Positions 23,496 through 34,241 of a stretch of 64,000 nt of DNA are shown in pieces (position 1 is the first letter of the stretch; every line of letters starts with the position of its first letter). The DNA is taken from assembly GCA_021162785.1 (NCBI GenBank), contig JAGGYA010000010.1, positions 1,017 to 65,016 of the forward strand. Direction: 5' to 3'. Made by a program: the position numbers and the translations under genes. The notes beneath the pieces were generated by a model. That model saw nothing but the letters and a program-made list of their open reading frames with translations, made no database searches and had not been told where the DNA came from. This stretch comes from Candidatus Calescamantes bacterium. GTDB taxonomy: Bacteria; CAIJMQ01; JAADFP01.

Positions 23496-23785
23496 GTGGG
23501 AAATTACCTACCCAGATAATCATAAAACCCTGGATTACGGAAAAAGCCATGATTGCCATGGAAAAAAACAATCAGTATTATTTCCAGGTAGCCACCGATG
23601 CTAACCGTCAACAGGTAAAAGAAGCGGTGGAGAAAATCTTTGGTGTAAAAGTGGAAAAGGTTAATATACTTAACCGAAAGGGGAAACCAAAAAGACTGAG
23701 ATACTGGGAGAAAGGGTATACTCCCAGGATAAAATTGGCTATTGTAAAACTCAAACCCGGGCATAAAATTGACATAATAGGTTAA
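23492..23785 (+). CDS. rplW: 50S ribosomal protein L23
   Basis: 97 aa; conserved position, L23-like. Confidence 0.9.
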   Translation: MSGKLPTQIIIKPWITEKAMIAMEKNNQYYFQVATDANRQQVKEAVEKIFGVKVEKVNILNRKGKPKRLRYWEKGYTPRIKLAIVKLKPGHKIDIIG

Positions 23786-23794
23786 AGGAAAAAA

Positions 23795-24613
23795 ATGGGT
23801 ACAAAAGCTTTAAAACCGGTAACCCCTTCTCAAAGGTTTAGGATTGCTTCCACTTTTGAGGAGATAACCAAAGATGAACCGGAGAAGAGTCTGGTAGTCC
23901 CTCTTCATAAAAAGGCAGGCAGATCCACCCAGCAAGGGAAGATTACGGTAAGAAGAAGAGGGGGTGGGCATAAACGACTTTACCGCATAATAGATTTCAA
24001 ACGGGATAAGGACGGAATTAGAGCTAAAGTCATTGCCATTGAATATGACCCTAATCGAAGTGCACGAATAGCTCTCCTTCAGTATGAAGATGGAGAAAAA
24101 AGATACATCATAGCACCTGAAGGATTAAAAGTGGGTGATGAAGTAATGAGTGGAGAGAATGCTCCTCCAAAAATAGGGAATGCTCTGCCTCTGGAGAAAA
24201 TTCCTGTGGGAGTGATGATCCACAATGTGGAGTTAACACCGGGTAAAGGTGGCCAGATGGCTCGTTCAGCAGGAAGTGCAGTTCAACTCTTGGCAAAAGA
24301 GGGAAAATACGCTATATTAAGGCTTCCTTCAGGAGAAATTAGAAAAGTTCTTTTGAAGTGCAAGGCTACCATTGGACAGGTAGGGAATTTAGACCATGAA
24401 ATGGTTACATTGGGAAAAGCAGGAAGAAGCAGATGGCTGGGCAGAAGACCAAAAGTTAGAGGAACTGCAATGAACCCCATAGATCATCCCTTAGGGGGTG
24501 GTGAAGGACGGTCTCATGGTGGAAGGCATCCATGTTCTCCTTGGGGTAAACCGGAAAGGAAAACTCGGAAGAAAAAGCCTTCTGACAAATTTATCATAAA
24601 GAGGAGGAAGTGA
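23795..24613 (+). CDS. rplB: 50S ribosomal protein L2
   Basis: 272 aa; ...[25 protein letters not shown]. Confidence 0.95.
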   Translation: MGTKALKPVTPSQRFRIASTFEEITKDEPEKSLVVPLHKKAGRSTQQGKITVRRRGGGHKRLYRIIDFKRDKDGIRAKVIAIEYDPNRSARIALLQYEDGEKRYIIAPEGLKVGDEVMSGENAPPKIGNALPLEKIPVGVMIHNVELTPGKGGQMARSAGSAVQLLAKEGKYAILRLPSGEIRKVLLKCKATIGQVGNLDHEMVTLGKAGRSRWLGRRPKVRGTAMNPIDHPLGGGEGRSHGGRHPCSPWGKPERKTRKKKPSDKFIIKRRK

Positions 24614-24614
24614 G

Positions 24615-24899
24615 ATGTCCAGGTCCAAGAAAAAAGGACCTTTTGTGGATCCAAAACTTTTGAAAAAGGTGAAGAAGGCAAAGGAAACCGGGGATAGGAA
24701 ACCTATTCGCACTTGGTCCCGAGCTTCCATGATCGTTCCCGAATTTGTTGGACACACCTTCTTAGTTCATAATGGGAGAACCTTTATAAGTGTCTATGTT
24801 ACAGAAAATATGGTTGGCCATCGCTTAGGTGAATTTGCCCCCACACGCACCTTCAAAGGGCACGGGGCACATACTGAACGATCCAGGGCTCCTAAGTAA
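24615..24899 (+). CDS. rpsS: 30S ribosomal protein S19
   Basis: 94 aa; [12 protein letters not shown]...[23 protein letters not shown]. Confidence 0.95.
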   Translation: MSRSKKKGPFVDPKLLKKVKKAKETGDRKPIRTWSRASMIVPEFVGHTFLVHNGRTFISVYVTENMVGHRLGEFAPTRTFKGHGAHTERSRAPK

Positions 24900-25241
24900 T
24901 TGAGGGAAAAAATGCTTGCCCGATTAAGATTTGTAAGAATATCGCCGAGAAAATTGAGACCAGTAGCTGAATTAATAAGGGGAAAACATGTAGATGAAGC
25001 TTTAAGCATCTTGAAATTTGTGCCAAAAAAAGGGGCAAGAATCTTAGAGAAAGTCCTTAAAAGTGCAATAGCCAACGCCATTGAAAACGATAAAAAAGAC
25101 CAAGATAACCTTTGGGTAAAAGAGGTGCGGGTAGATGAAGGTCCTCGCTGGAAAAGATTTAGACCGGTTGCTTATGGGAGGGCACATCCAATAAGAAAAC
25201 GGACATCCCATGTATTTATAAAACTGGAGGAGAAAGGGTAA
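24900..25241 (+). CDS. rplV: 50S ribosomal protein L22
   Basis: L22-like (ARLRFVRISPRKLR...). Start is TTG at 24900 or ATG at 24912. Confidence 0.9.
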   Translation: MREKMLARLRFVRISPRKLRPVAELIRGKHVDEALSILKFVPKKGARILEKVLKSAIANAIENDKKDQDNLWVKEVRVDEGPRWKRFRPVAYGRAHPIRKRTSHVFIKLEEKG

Positions 25242-25894
25242 TGGGCCAGAAGACTCATCCAATAGGTTTTAGGTTGGGAGTAAATAAGGAATGGTTCTCC
25301 CGTTGGTTTGCTCCTACAAAGGAAGAATTTGCCAAAAATTTGGTAGAGGATATGAAAATCCGTAAATATATAAAAGAAAACTTTGGTTATGCAGGTATCT
25401 CCAGAATAGAAATTAGCAGGACTGAAGATAGAATCACCATAGACCTCTATACCGCTCGTCCAGGGGTGGTAATAGGGAGAAGAGGTGCAGAAGTGGATCG
25501 TTTAAGAGCAGAGATACAAGAAATGACCGGGAAACAAGCAGAGATAAATATAAGAGAAGTGGAGAACCCTTATCTTGACGCTCAGTTAATTGCAGAAAAT
25601 GTTGCCCTCCAATTGGAAAGAAGAGCTAATTTCCGGCGGGCAATGAAACGAGCTGTCAGTCAAGCAATGGAAGCAGGTGCTAAAGGAGTGAAAATAAAAT
25701 GTTCTGGAAGACTGGGAGGAGCAGAAATAGCAAGAAGTGAATGGTATAAGGAAGGAAAGATACCTTTACAAACAATTCGAGCAGATGTAGATTATGGATT
25801 TGCTGAAGCCAGAACAAAATATGGAGTCATTGGAGTAAAGGTTTGGCTTTATAAAGGAGACACTATTTTAGATAAAGAAGAGGGAGCGGAATAA
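25241..25894 (+). CDS. rpsC: 30S ribosomal protein S3
   Basis: 217 aa; [18 protein letters not shown]...KH domain. Confidence 0.95.
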   Translation: MGQKTHPIGFRLGVNKEWFSRWFAPTKEEFAKNLVEDMKIRKYIKENFGYAGISRIEISRTEDRITIDLYTARPGVVIGRRGAEVDRLRAEIQEMTGKQAEINIREVENPYLDAQLIAENVALQLERRANFRRAMKRAVSQAMEAGAKGVKIKCSGRLGGAEIARSEWYKEGKIPLQTIRADVDYGFAEARTKYGVIGVKVWLYKGDTILDKEEGAE

Positions 25895-26322
25895 TGGGTT
25901 TAATACCTAAGAGAGTAAAATATCGAAAAATGCAAAGGGGAAGGCTGAAAGGTAAAGCTTCTCGTGCTACAACCCTTCAATTTGGTGAATATGGATTAAA
26001 AGTTATGGAACCTGCCTGGCTTACTACACGGCAGATTGAAGCAGCTCGTGTGGCAATTGTGCGTCATCTTAAACGGGGAGGAAAAATGTGGCTAAGGGTA
26101 GCCTGTTACAAATCTGTAACCAAAAAACCATTGGAAACACGAATGGGGAAAGGGAAAGGTAATGTTGAATTCTGGGTAGCACCTGTAAAACCTGGAACAA
26201 TAATTTTTGAAATAGGCGGGGTTGGGGAAACCGAGGCATTGGAGGCATTAAAACTTGCTGGAGACAAATTGCCTGTAAAAACAAGAATTGTAACTTATAA
26301 AGAGGTAATGGAGCTGGCATGA
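25894..26322 (+). CDS. rplP: 50S ribosomal protein L16
   Basis: 142 aa; ...[11 protein letters not shown]......G..WLRV. Confidence 0.95.
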   Translation: MGLIPKRVKYRKMQRGRLKGKASRATTLQFGEYGLKVMEPAWLTTRQIEAARVAIVRHLKRGGKMWLRVACYKSVTKKPLETRMGKGKGNVEFWVAPVKPGTIIFEIGGVGETEALEALKLAGDKLPVKTRIVTYKEVMELA

Positions 26323-26516
26323 AGGCAAAAGAATGGAGAGAATTTACTACGGAAGAACTTCAGCATAAGTTAGAAGAACTTTACCAGCAGTTGTTCAATC
26401 TTCGAACTCAGAAAGTTTTGGGGCAACTGGAAAATCCCCACAAAATAAAAGAGGTAAAGAAAGATATTGCCCGGATAAAAACCATATTGAGGGAAAGAGA
26501 ATTAAAGGTGAGATAA
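26319..26516 (+). CDS. rpmC: 50S ribosomal protein L29
   Basis: 65 aa; [38 protein letters not shown]. Confidence 0.9.
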   Translation: MKAKEWREFTTEELQHKLEELYQQLFNLRTQKVLGQLENPHKIKEVKKDIARIKTILRERELKVR

Positions 26517-26517
26517 G

Positions 26518-26766
26518 ATGAAAAAGACCTTAATTGGCAGAGTAGTAAGCGACAAAATGGATAAAACGGTGGTAGTATTGGTGGAGAGGAAAGTAGCTCA
26601 CCCACTTTATAAAAAGATCATCACCAAAAGGAAGAAATTCTATGCACATGACCCTGAAAACAAAGCAAAAGAAGGAGACTGGGTGAAAATTGAAGAAAGC
26701 AGACCATTAAGCAAATTGAAAAGATGGGTGGTTAAAGAGATTTTGAAAGAAGAAAAGGAAAAATGA
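26518..26766 (+). CDS. rpsQ: 30S ribosomal protein S17
   Basis: 82 aa; [18 protein letters not shown]...HPLYKK. Confidence 0.95.
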   Translation: MKKTLIGRVVSDKMDKTVVVLVERKVAHPLYKKIITKRKKFYAHDPENKAKEGDWVKIEESRPLSKLKRWVVKEILKEEKEK

Positions 26767-27131
26767 TCCAGATCTACACAAAACTCCAGGTGGCTGATAA
26801 TACTGGAGCCAAGGAAATCATGTGTATTCAGGTCTTAGGAGGAGCAAAAAAGAAGTATGCACGAATAGGAGACATTATAGTTGCATCTGTAAAAGATGCT
26901 ATCCCCCACAGTAATATCCAGAAAGGCGACAAAGTGAGGGCTGTGGTGGTAAGAACAAAGAAGGAAATGAGACGGAAAGACGGCACCTACATAAAATTCG
27001 ACCATAACGCAGCGGTAATTATAGATAAAGCAGGAAACCCTGTGGGAACAAGAATTTTTGGCCCTGTTCCAAGAGAGTTAAGGGAGAAAAATTTTGTTAA
27101 GATTATATCCTTAGCTCCTGAGGTGGTATAA
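26763..27131 (+). CDS. rplN: 50S ribosomal protein L14
   Basis: 122 aa; [17 protein letters not shown]... Confidence 0.95.
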   Translation: MIQIYTKLQVADNTGAKEIMCIQVLGGAKKKYARIGDIIVASVKDAIPHSNIQKGDKVRAVVVRTKKEMRRKDGTYIKFDHNAAVIIDKAGNPVGTRIFGPVPRELREKNFVKIISLAPEVV

Positions 27132-27132
27132 A

Positions 27133-27459
27133 ATGCCAAAGTTTTCCATAAGAAGCGGGGACGAGGTGATTGTAATAAGGGGAAAAGATAAAGGGAAAAG
27201 AGGGAAAGTGAGGAGGGTATTCCCCAGAGAGGAAAAAGTCATAGTGGAAGGAGTAAATATTGCAAAGAAGGCTGTGAGACCTTCGCGAAGATATCCTCAG
27301 GGAGGGATTGTGGAAATAGAGATGCCTCTTCACATCTCCAAAGTCATGCTTTACTGTCCACGATGTGAAAGAGGGGTAAGAGTGGGAAGAAAATTTCTTG
27401 AAGATGGGACGAAGGTAAGATACTGCAAAAAATGTGGTGAAATTTTAGAGAAAACTTAA
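27133..27459 (+). CDS. rplX: 50S ribosomal protein L24 (variant with CxxC...CxxC zinc-ribbon-like C-terminal segment)
   Basis: 108 aa; KOW domain [19 protein letters not shown]-terminal part [32 protein letters not shown] carries four Cys. Confidence 0.9.
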   Translation: MPKFSIRSGDEVIVIRGKDKGKRGKVRRVFPREEKVIVEGVNIAKKAVRPSRRYPQGGIVEIEMPLHISKVMLYCPRCERGVRVGRKFLEDGTKVRYCKKCGEILEKT

Positions 27460-27470
27460 AAAGATTAGCC

Positions 27471-28040
27471 ATGGGAAAAAACTACATTCCACGACTTAAA
27501 CAAAAATATTTCCAGGAAGTAGTACCGAAGCTGATGGAAAAATGGGGGTATAAGAATTTATTGGAAGTTCCTCGCTTAAAAAAAATTGTAGTTAATATGG
27601 GAGTGGGAGAAGCGGTTGCTGACCCAGGAGTAATCGACGAAGCTATGGAACAGCTGGCATTAATTACCGGACAAAAACCATTATTAAGGAAAGCAAGAAA
27701 ATCAATTGCTGCTTTCAAATTGAGAAAGGGGAGACCTATTGGTTGTAAAGTTACTTTAAGGGGTGACAGGATGTACGAGTTTCTTGACCGATTAATCACT
27801 TTTGCTTTACCCAGAGTGAGAGATTTCCGAGGTCTACCCCGCAACTCTTTTGATGGAAGAGGGAACTACTCCTTTGGGGTTTCTGAACAGTATATTTTCC
27901 CGGAAATAGAATATGACCAGGTAAAGCATGTTTTGGGTATGGATATAACTCTGGTTACCTCAGCGGAGACTGATGAGGAAGCCATGAGTCTCCTTGAAGA
28001 GTTGGGGTTTCCTTTTGAAAAAAGAAAGGAGGGTAAATGA
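27471..28040 (+). CDS. rplE: 50S ribosomal protein L5
   Basis: 189 aa; ...[18 protein letters not shown]... Confidence 0.95.
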   Translation: MGKNYIPRLKQKYFQEVVPKLMEKWGYKNLLEVPRLKKIVVNMGVGEAVADPGVIDEAMEQLALITGQKPLLRKARKSIAAFKLRKGRPIGCKVTLRGDRMYEFLDRLITFALPRVRDFRGLPRNSFDGRGNYSFGVSEQYIFPEIEYDQVKHVLGMDITLVTSAETDEEAMSLLEELGFPFEKRKEGK

Positions 28041-28222
28041 CCCGAAAAGCATTAATGGTTAAAGCAATGAAGGAACCCAAATATAAGACACGCAAGTATA
28101 ACCGTTGTAAGTTGTGTGGAAGAGCAAGGGCATATTTCCGAAAATTTGGTGTCTGCCGAATATGCTTGAGGAAATTAGCTTTACAGGGAATGATCCCAGG
28201 AATGAGAAAAGCAAGTTGGTAA
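28037..28222 (+). CDS. rpsN: 30S ribosomal protein S14, zinc-binding short (Z) form
   Basis: 61 aa; [25 protein letters not shown]. Confidence 0.95.
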   Translation: MTRKALMVKAMKEPKYKTRKYNRCKLCGRARAYFRKFGVCRICLRKLALQGMIPGMRKASW

Positions 28223-28233
28223 GGAGTGATATT

Positions 28234-28632
28234 ATGAGTGTAAGCGACCCCATAGCCGATTTTCTTAATCATTTAAAAACAAGTAGCATGGTGAAGAAAC
28301 CTTTTATAATTACCCAGCACTCCAAACTAAAAGAAGAAATAGCGAAAATTCTCCAAAGGGAAGGGTTCATAGAGTATTATTCCATAATTGAAGAAGGCCC
28401 TAAGAAGAAACTCCATATTCATTTAAAATATGGAGAAAACGGTGTGCCTGCTATAACTGGTGTAAAGAAGGTTTCCCGACCCGGTGCATTTATCTATGTT
28501 AAAAGGGATGAGATCCCCCGCGTGAAAAGTGGGTATGGAATAGCTATAATCTCCACCTCAAAGGGACTGAAAACTGATGAGGAATGCAGAAAAGAAGGAA
28601 TTGGAGGAAAAGTAATTTGTTATATTTGGTGA
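28234..28632 (+). CDS. rpsH: 30S ribosomal protein S8
   Basis: Starts at internal ATG (MSVSDPIADFLNHLKT...), 132 aa. The ORF-track 28114 start runs through rpsN in another frame. Confidence 0.9.
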   Translation: MSVSDPIADFLNHLKTSSMVKKPFIITQHSKLKEEIAKILQREGFIEYYSIIEEGPKKKLHIHLKYGENGVPAITGVKKVSRPGAFIYVKRDEIPRVKSGYGIAIISTSKGLKTDEECRKEGIGGKVICYIW

Positions 28633-28639
28633 GGGAAAA

Positions 28640-29188
28640 ATGTCACGAGTAGGTAAAAAGCCTATTCCTATCCCTTCCGGAGTAAATGTAGCAATAAAGG
28701 AAGGGGAGGTGGAAATTTCTGGCCCAAAAGGAAAATTATCCTTAGAAATCCCCTCCCCTATTCGAGTGATTACTGAAGATGGAAAAATTCGTGTGGAAAG
28801 GAGTTCAGATGAAAGAAAAGTAAAGGCTCTTCATGGACTTATTCGAAGCCTTTTAAATAATATGGTAATTGGAGTTACACAAGGTTATAAAAAAGAACTG
28901 GAAATAGTGGGCACAGGATATTCAGCCCGGATGGAAGGGAAGAAACTCATCTTACAGGTAGGATTTTCTCATCCAGTATTCTTCCAACCTCCTGAAGGTA
29001 TCACTTTAAGCGTCCGGAAAGAAAGAAACACTATTATTACTGTGGAGGGAATAGACAAACAAAAAGTGGGTGAGGTAGCTGCAGAAATAAGAAGGATTAA
29101 ACCGCCTGATCCTTATAAAGGGAAAGGGATAAGATACAAAGGGGAAATCGTTCATTTGAAACCCGGTAAGAAAGGAGCAAAAGCATAA
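28640..29188 (+). CDS. rplF: 50S ribosomal protein L6
   Basis: 182 aa; [15 protein letters not shown]... Confidence 0.95.
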   Translation: MSRVGKKPIPIPSGVNVAIKEGEVEISGPKGKLSLEIPSPIRVITEDGKIRVERSSDERKVKALHGLIRSLLNNMVIGVTQGYKKELEIVGTGYSARMEGKKLILQVGFSHPVFFQPPEGITLSVRKERNTIITVEGIDKQKVGEVAAEIRRIKPPDPYKGKGIRYKGEIVHLKPGKKGAKA

Positions 29189-29189
29189 A

Positions 29190-29552
29190 ATGGCACTTAC
29201 AAAAGAAGAAAGAAGGAAAAGGAGGCATAGACGGGTAAGAAAAAAGGTATACGGAACTGCGGAAAGACCGAGACTCTGTGTTTTTAGAAGTTTGAAACAT
29301 ATCTATGCTCAGATAATAAATGACGATGAAGGAAGAGTATTGGTAGCTGCTTCTTCCCTCTCCCCGGAATTTAAAGCAACAGGGAAAAAGGGGGGAAATG
29401 TAGAAGGAGCAAGGGAGGTAGGGAGAATTATTGGCCGAAAAGCCTTAGAAAAAGGTATAGAAAAAGTAGTTTTTGACCGAGCAGGATATAAATACCATGG
29501 GAGAGTGAAGGCACTTGCAGAAGGTGCTCGAGAAGCTGGACTTAAATTTTAA
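29190..29552 (+). CDS. rplR: 50S ribosomal protein L18
   Basis: 120 aa; ...[30 protein letters not shown]. Confidence 0.95.
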   Translation: MALTKEERRKRRHRRVRKKVYGTAERPRLCVFRSLKHIYAQIINDDEGRVLVAASSLSPEFKATGKKGGNVEGAREVGRIIGRKALEKGIEKVVFDRAGYKYHGRVKALAEGAREAGLKF

Positions 29553-29558
29553 AGAGGG

Positions 29559-30110
29559 ATGGAAATGGAAAACCTTAACCAAGAAGAAGAAATCCAGTAT
29601 ATTGAACGAGTGGTTAGCATAAATCGGGTGGGGAAAGTCACTAAAGGAGGGAAAAAACTCGCCTTTTCTGCTTTAGTAGTTGTAGGCGATGGAAAAGGAA
29701 GAGTGGGGATGGCGCTGGGTAAAGCACAAGAAGTGCCAGACGCTATAAGAAAAGCTACTAACAAAGCCAAGAAAAATATGATAGAGGTTCCTATCAAAGG
29801 CACTACTATACCCCATGAAGTAACTGGCGAATTCTCCGCATCCAAGATAATCCTTAAACCTGCAGCTCCTGGGACTGGGGTAATTGCAGGTGGAGCTGCA
29901 AGAGCAGTTTTGGAAGCAGCAGGAATCCGCGATGTTTTAACCAAATCCTTAGGTTCCCATAATCCAGTGAATTTAGTGAAGGCAACCTTAGAAGGGTTAA
30001 AGGAAATAAAAAGGACTCTGGAAGCTTATAAAGTGAGGAAAAAGAAAGATGAAACTCCATCAGTTACATCCACCTCCGGGGAGCAAAAAGAAGAAGAAAA
30101 GAGTGGGTAG
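29559..30110 (+). CDS. rpsE: 30S ribosomal protein S5 (with ~20-aa acidic/Ser-rich C-terminal extension)
   Basis: 183 aa; [33 protein letters not shown]... The tail overlaps the rplO start by 62 nt. Confidence 0.9.
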   Translation: MEMENLNQEEEIQYIERVVSINRVGKVTKGGKKLAFSALVVVGDGKGRVGMALGKAQEVPDAIRKATNKAKKNMIEVPIKGTTIPHEVTGEFSASKIILKPAAPGTGVIAGGAARAVLEAAGIRDVLTKSLGSHNPVNLVKATLEGLKEIKRTLEAYKVRKKKDETPSVTSTSGEQKEEEKSG

Positions 30111-30495
30111 AGGAACCTCTTCCGGCTGGGGGAAAACCTCAGGGAGAGGTAGTGAAGGAGCTAAACAACGCTCCGGTAGACCCCATTATCCTGGATTTGA
30201 AGGTGGTCAGATGCCTCTTTACCGCAGACTCCCTAAAAGAGGATTTCACAATCCCAGAAGAATTGAGTATCAAGAAATCAATTTGGAAAGGTTGAATGTC
30301 TTCCCTCCTCAGACGGAAATCACTCCTGAGATCCTGGAAGAGAAAGGCTGGGTGAAAAAAGACTGTCCAGTAAAAATCCTGGGTAAAGGTGAAATAAAAG
30401 TCCCCCTCGTAGTAAAAGCACATGCTTTTTCTTCTTCAGCTCGTAAGAAAATAGAAGAAGCGGGCGGTAAAGTAGAAATCATCCAAAACTCTTAA
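30049..30495 (+). CDS. rplO: 50S ribosomal protein L15
   Basis: 148 aa; [34 protein letters not shown]. No rpmD (L30) gene between rpsE and rplO. Confidence 0.9.
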   Translation: MKLHQLHPPPGSKKKKKRVGRGTSSGWGKTSGRGSEGAKQRSGRPHYPGFEGGQMPLYRRLPKRGFHNPRRIEYQEINLERLNVFPPQTEITPEILEEKGWVKKDCPVKILGKGEIKVPLVVKAHAFSSSARKKIEEAGGKVEIIQNS

Positions 30496-30501
30496 ACTGT
30501 T

Positions 30502-31815
30502 ATGGTCTTAGACACTTTCCGTGATATTTTCCGGATACCTGAACTAAGAAGAAGAATTTTAGTCACTCTGGGATTATTAGCTGTCTATCGTGTAGGTGCT
30601 CATGTCCCAGTTCCCGGGATAGATTCCTCCGCATTAATTCAATTCTTTGACCAAATGAGAGGCACAATTTTTGGGATGATTGATCTCTTTGCAGGTGGTG
30701 CATTTCGCAGGATGTCCATCTTCGCCTTGGGCATAATGCCCTACATAACCGCTTCCATCATCATCCAACTGCTTATCCCTGTCTTCCCAAACTTAGAAAA
30801 ACTCCAAAGAGAAGAAGAAGGAAGAAGAAAAATTGTGCAGTATACACGAATTGGAACTATGTTCATAGCATTATTTCAATCTCTGGGTATTGCTATCTGG
30901 TTAGAGAATCCGGCAAATTTCCAGGGGAGGCTAATTGTTCCTTTCCCAGGCTGGTCTTTCCGACTCCTTACCATGATAACTGTCACTGCAGGAACTGCTT
31001 TTTTAATGTGGTTAGGTGAACAAATTACGGAAAAGGGTATTGGAAACGGAATTTCTCTAATAATATTTGCAGGGATAGTTGCACGATATCCTGTCTACTT
31101 CATGAGAACTTTAATATCTATCAGGAACCGCCAGTTTTCTCTTTTCTCATTCGCTATTTTGGTAGTATTTATGGTTCTTGTAGTTGCAGGAGTAGTGCTT
31201 ATTACCCAGGCTCAACGAAAAATCCCTGTCCAGTATGCACGAAGAGTAGTGGGAAGAAGAGTCTTCGGTGGTCAAACCACCTACTTACCATTAAGAGTAA
31301 ACCAAGCAGGTGTGATACCCATAATTTTTGCTATCTCCATCTTACAATTTCCTCAAACTATCACCTCATTTTTCGGTGCTTCCAATCCAGCCTTCAAACA
31401 ATTTGCCATGGTCTTCAGTACCTATCATCCAGTAGGGATGACCCTTTATGCAATTTTAATTGTCTTTTTCACCTATTTTTATACTGCAATCACCTTCAAC
31501 CCACAAGAAATAGCAGACAACATCAAAAGATATGGTGGATTTATTCCAGGCATCCGTCCAGGAAAAGCCACTGCTGAATATCTTGATAGAATAATGACTC
31601 GTATAGCTTTCCCTGGTGGTCTTTATCTGGCAGTCATTGCCTTACTGCCAATATTTTTAACAAAATGGCTTCATGTCCCCTTCTATTTTGGTGGAACTTC
31701 CCTGCTTATCGTGGTGGGAGTGGCTTTAGATACTCTTCAACAGATAGAATCGCATCTCCTTATGAGGCAATACGAAGGTTTTATCACTAAAGGTAGATTG
31801 AGAGGGAGGTTCTAA
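30502..31815 (+). CDS. secY: preprotein translocase subunit SecY
   Basis: 437 aa; 10 TM helices; IPELRRRILVTLGLLAVYRVGAHVPVPGID... Confidence 0.95.
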   Translation: MVLDTFRDIFRIPELRRRILVTLGLLAVYRVGAHVPVPGIDSSALIQFFDQMRGTIFGMIDLFAGGAFRRMSIFALGIMPYITASIIIQLLIPVFPNLEKLQREEEGRRKIVQYTRIGTMFIALFQSLGIAIWLENPANFQGRLIVPFPGWSFRLLTMITVTAGTAFLMWLGEQITEKGIGNGISLIIFAGIVARYPVYFMRTLISIRNRQFSLFSFAILVVFMVLVVAGVVLITQAQRKIPVQYARRVVGRRVFGGQTTYLPLRVNQAGVIPIIFAISILQFPQTITSFFGASNPAFKQFAMVFSTYHPVGMTLYAILIVFFTYFYTAITFNPQEIADNIKRYGGFIPGIRPGKATAEYLDRIMTRIAFPGGLYLAVIALLPIFLTKWLHVPFYFGGTSLLIVVGVALDTLQQIESHLLMRQYEGFITKGRLRGRF

Positions 31816-32471
31816 TGAACCTTAAACTAATCTTTTTGGGGCCTCCTGGTGCGGGTAAAGGCACACTTGCGGATATGTTTGAGGAAAGGAAAGGATGGAA
31901 ACATCTTTCCACAGGAGACCTCCTGCGAGAAGAAATTAAGAAAAAAAGTGAACTGGGGCTTAAAGCAAAAGAATACATGGATAAAGGTCTTCTTGTCCCG
32001 GATGAATTAGTGGTGGAATTGCTCAAAAACCATTTAGATGCTTCTAAAGGATTTATTTTGGATGGATTCCCAAGAAACTTAAGGCAAGCCCAAATCCTGG
32101 AAGAAGAAAGAATAGAGGTTGATCTGGCTATAAACTTCAAAGTCTCCGCAGAAACCATCATTTCCCGTCTTTCAGGTAGAAGAATATGCTCACGGTGTGG
32201 TAGAATATACCACCTCATTAACATACCCCCTAAGAAAGAGGGGATATGTGATGAATGCGGTGGTCCTCTCTATCAACGAGAGGACGATAAGGAAGAAGTT
32301 ATAAGAAAAAGATTAGAAGTTTATGAAAAGGAAATAGCAGAAGTTTTGAAATTTTATAAAGAGAGGAATAAACTAAAAGAGATAAGTGCGGAAGGCCAGG
32401 CGGAGGAGATTTATAAAAGGATAGAAAAGGTTATAGTGGATTATGGACAAGAAAGAGAAAATACAGGTTAA
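31815..32471 (+). CDS. adk: adenylate kinase (Zn-lid form)
   Basis: 218 aa; P-loop GPPGAGKGT and LID domain CSRCGRIYH...CDECGG. Confidence 0.95.
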   Translation: MNLKLIFLGPPGAGKGTLADMFEERKGWKHLSTGDLLREEIKKKSELGLKAKEYMDKGLLVPDELVVELLKNHLDASKGFILDGFPRNLRQAQILEEERIEVDLAINFKVSAETIISRLSGRRICSRCGRIYHLINIPPKKEGICDECGGPLYQREDDKEEVIRKRLEVYEKEIAEVLKFYKERNKLKEISAEGQAEEIYKRIEKVIVDYGQERENTG

Positions 32472-32661
32472 GGGGAAAGTTGTGGAAGCTTTACCGAATG
32501 CCATGTTCAAGGTGGAACTTGAAAATGGCCATAAAGTCCTTGCCCATGTATCAGGCAAAATGAGAGTGCATTTCATTCGAATCTTACCCGGGGATACAGT
32601 AACAGTGGAACTTTCCCCTTACGATTTAACAAGAGGAAGAATAATTTACCGACATAAGTGA
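32443..32661 (+). CDS. infA: translation initiation factor IF-1
   Basis: 72 aa; [60 protein letters not shown]. Confidence 0.95.
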   Translation: MDKKEKIQVKGKVVEALPNAMFKVELENGHKVLAHVSGKMRVHFIRILPGDTVTVELSPYDLTRGRIIYRHK

Positions 32662-32669
32662 GGAGAAAA

Positions 32670-32783
32670 ATGAAAGTAAGAGCCTCTGTGAAAAAAATTT
32701 GTGGAAAGTGCAGGATAATAAGGAGGAAAGGAACGGTAAGGGTTATATGTTCCAATCCCAAGCATAAACAGAGGCAAAAATAA
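32670..32783 (+). CDS. rpmJ: 50S ribosomal protein L36
   Basis: 37-aa ORF missed by the track: [40 protein letters not shown] ggagaaaaa upstream. Confidence 0.9.
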   Translation: MKVRASVKKICGKCRIIRRKGTVRVICSNPKHKQRQK

Positions 32784-32798
32784 TGGGAGAGGAGTAAA

Positions 32799-33206
32799 AT
32801 GGCAAGAATCTTGGGTGTAGAAATTCCGGATAATAAAAGAGTGGATATAGGGTTAACCTACATTTATGGCATTGGTATTTCCAGGGCAAACGAAGTTTTA
32901 AAAGCCACAGGTGTAGATAAAAACAAGAAAATAAAGGACCTCACACCTGACGAGCTTTCCCAGATTGCTTCCTTTATCCAGAGAAATTACAAGATTGAAG
33001 GTGCTCTCCGTCAAGAAGTGGCTCAAAATATAAAAAGATTGATTGATATCGGTTGTTATAGGGGGATAAGACACCGTTTGGGACTTCCTGTAAGAGGACA
33101 AAGAACCCGATGCAATGCCAGGACAAGAAAAGGGCCCAGGAAAACGGTAGGTGTATTGAGAAAGAAAGTTAAGGAGATGATGGCTAAGAAAAAGAAAAAG
33201 GAGTAA
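32799..33206 (+). CDS. rpsM: 30S ribosomal protein S13
   Basis: 135 aa; [26 protein letters not shown]... Confidence 0.95.
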   Translation: MARILGVEIPDNKRVDIGLTYIYGIGISRANEVLKATGVDKNKKIKDLTPDELSQIASFIQRNYKIEGALRQEVAQNIKRLIDIGCYRGIRHRLGLPVRGQRTRCNARTRKGPRKTVGVLRKKVKEMMAKKKKKE

Positions 33207-33209
33207 AGA

Positions 33210-33599
33210 ATGGCTAAAAGGAAAAAAAGAAGAAGAAAAAAGATAACCCGCACAGTCCCGCGGGCAATAGCACATATAAAGGCCACCTTTAACAATACAA
33301 TCATCACCATTACTGATCCAGAAGGTAATACACTCTGCTGGGCTTCTGGAGGGACAGTGGGATACACAGGGACACGGAAAAGCACTCCTTTTGCAGCACA
33401 ATTAGCAGCTCAGCAAGCAGCCAGGAAAGCACAAGAGTATGGTGTAAAGGAAGTGGAAGTCCGGGTCAAGGGACCGGGCGCAGGAAGGGAAGCAGCAATA
33501 AGAGCACTCCAAACCGGGGGACTCAATGTGGTGATGATTAAGGATGTTACCCCTATCCCCCATGATGGATGTAGACCACCTAAGAGGAGAAGGGTATAG
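33210..33599 (+). CDS. rpsK: 30S ribosomal protein S11
   Basis: 129 aa; ...[20 protein letters not shown]... Confidence 0.95.
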   Translation: MAKRKKRRRKKITRTVPRAIAHIKATFNNTIITITDPEGNTLCWASGGTVGYTGTRKSTPFAAQLAAQQAARKAQEYGVKEVEVRVKGPGAGREAAIRALQTGGLNVVMIKDVTPIPHDGCRPPKRRRV

Positions 33600-33601
33600 C
33601 C

Positions 33602-34222
33602 ATGGGTAGATACACAGGTCCGGTTTGTCGTCTATGCAGGAGAGAAGGAGTAAAACTCTATCTTAAAGGAGAGAAATGTGATACTCCCAAATGTCCACTG
33701 GAAAGAAGACCGAAACCTCCCGGAATCCATGGTGACAGGCCCGTTAAACTCTCTGATTATGGTATGCGATTAAGAGAGAAACAAAAACTTAAAAGGATCT
33801 ATGGGATGAGAGAAGAACAATTTCGGAGATTTTTTGATCTGGCTCAAAGCAAAAAGGGAGTTACGGGAGAAGTTTTCTTAACCCTTTTGGAACGTAGATT
33901 GGATAATGTAATTTATCGGATGGGGTTTGCAGCCAGTAGACGACAGGCCAGACAGCTGGTGAACCATGGATTCTTCCAGGTAAACGGTAAAAAAGTAGAC
34001 ATACCTTCCTATTTAGTGAAAGAAGGAGATATTATTGAAGTAAGGGAAAACAAAAGGTCTCAGATGGAGAAAATTCTGGAAACAGTTCCTGAAAGACCTA
34101 TTCCTGAATGGCTAACCGTCAACCGCACAGGGATGATGGGAAGAGTTATCAGGTTCCCCACTCGAGAAGAAATAGACATTCCGGTGCAGGAACATCTGAT
34201 AGTGGAATTGTATTCCCGTTAA
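33602..34222 (+). CDS. rpsD: 30S ribosomal protein S4 (N-terminal Cys4 zinc form)
   Basis: 206 aa; [31 protein letters not shown]. Confidence 0.95.
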   Translation: MGRYTGPVCRLCRREGVKLYLKGEKCDTPKCPLERRPKPPGIHGDRPVKLSDYGMRLREKQKLKRIYGMREEQFRRFFDLAQSKKGVTGEVFLTLLERRLDNVIYRMGFAASRRQARQLVNHGFFQVNGKKVDIPSYLVKEGDIIEVRENKRSQMEKILETVPERPIPEWLTVNRTGMMGRVIRFPTREEIDIPVQEHLIVELYSR

Positions 34223-34241
34223 TGGAAAAGGGGGATGTGAA

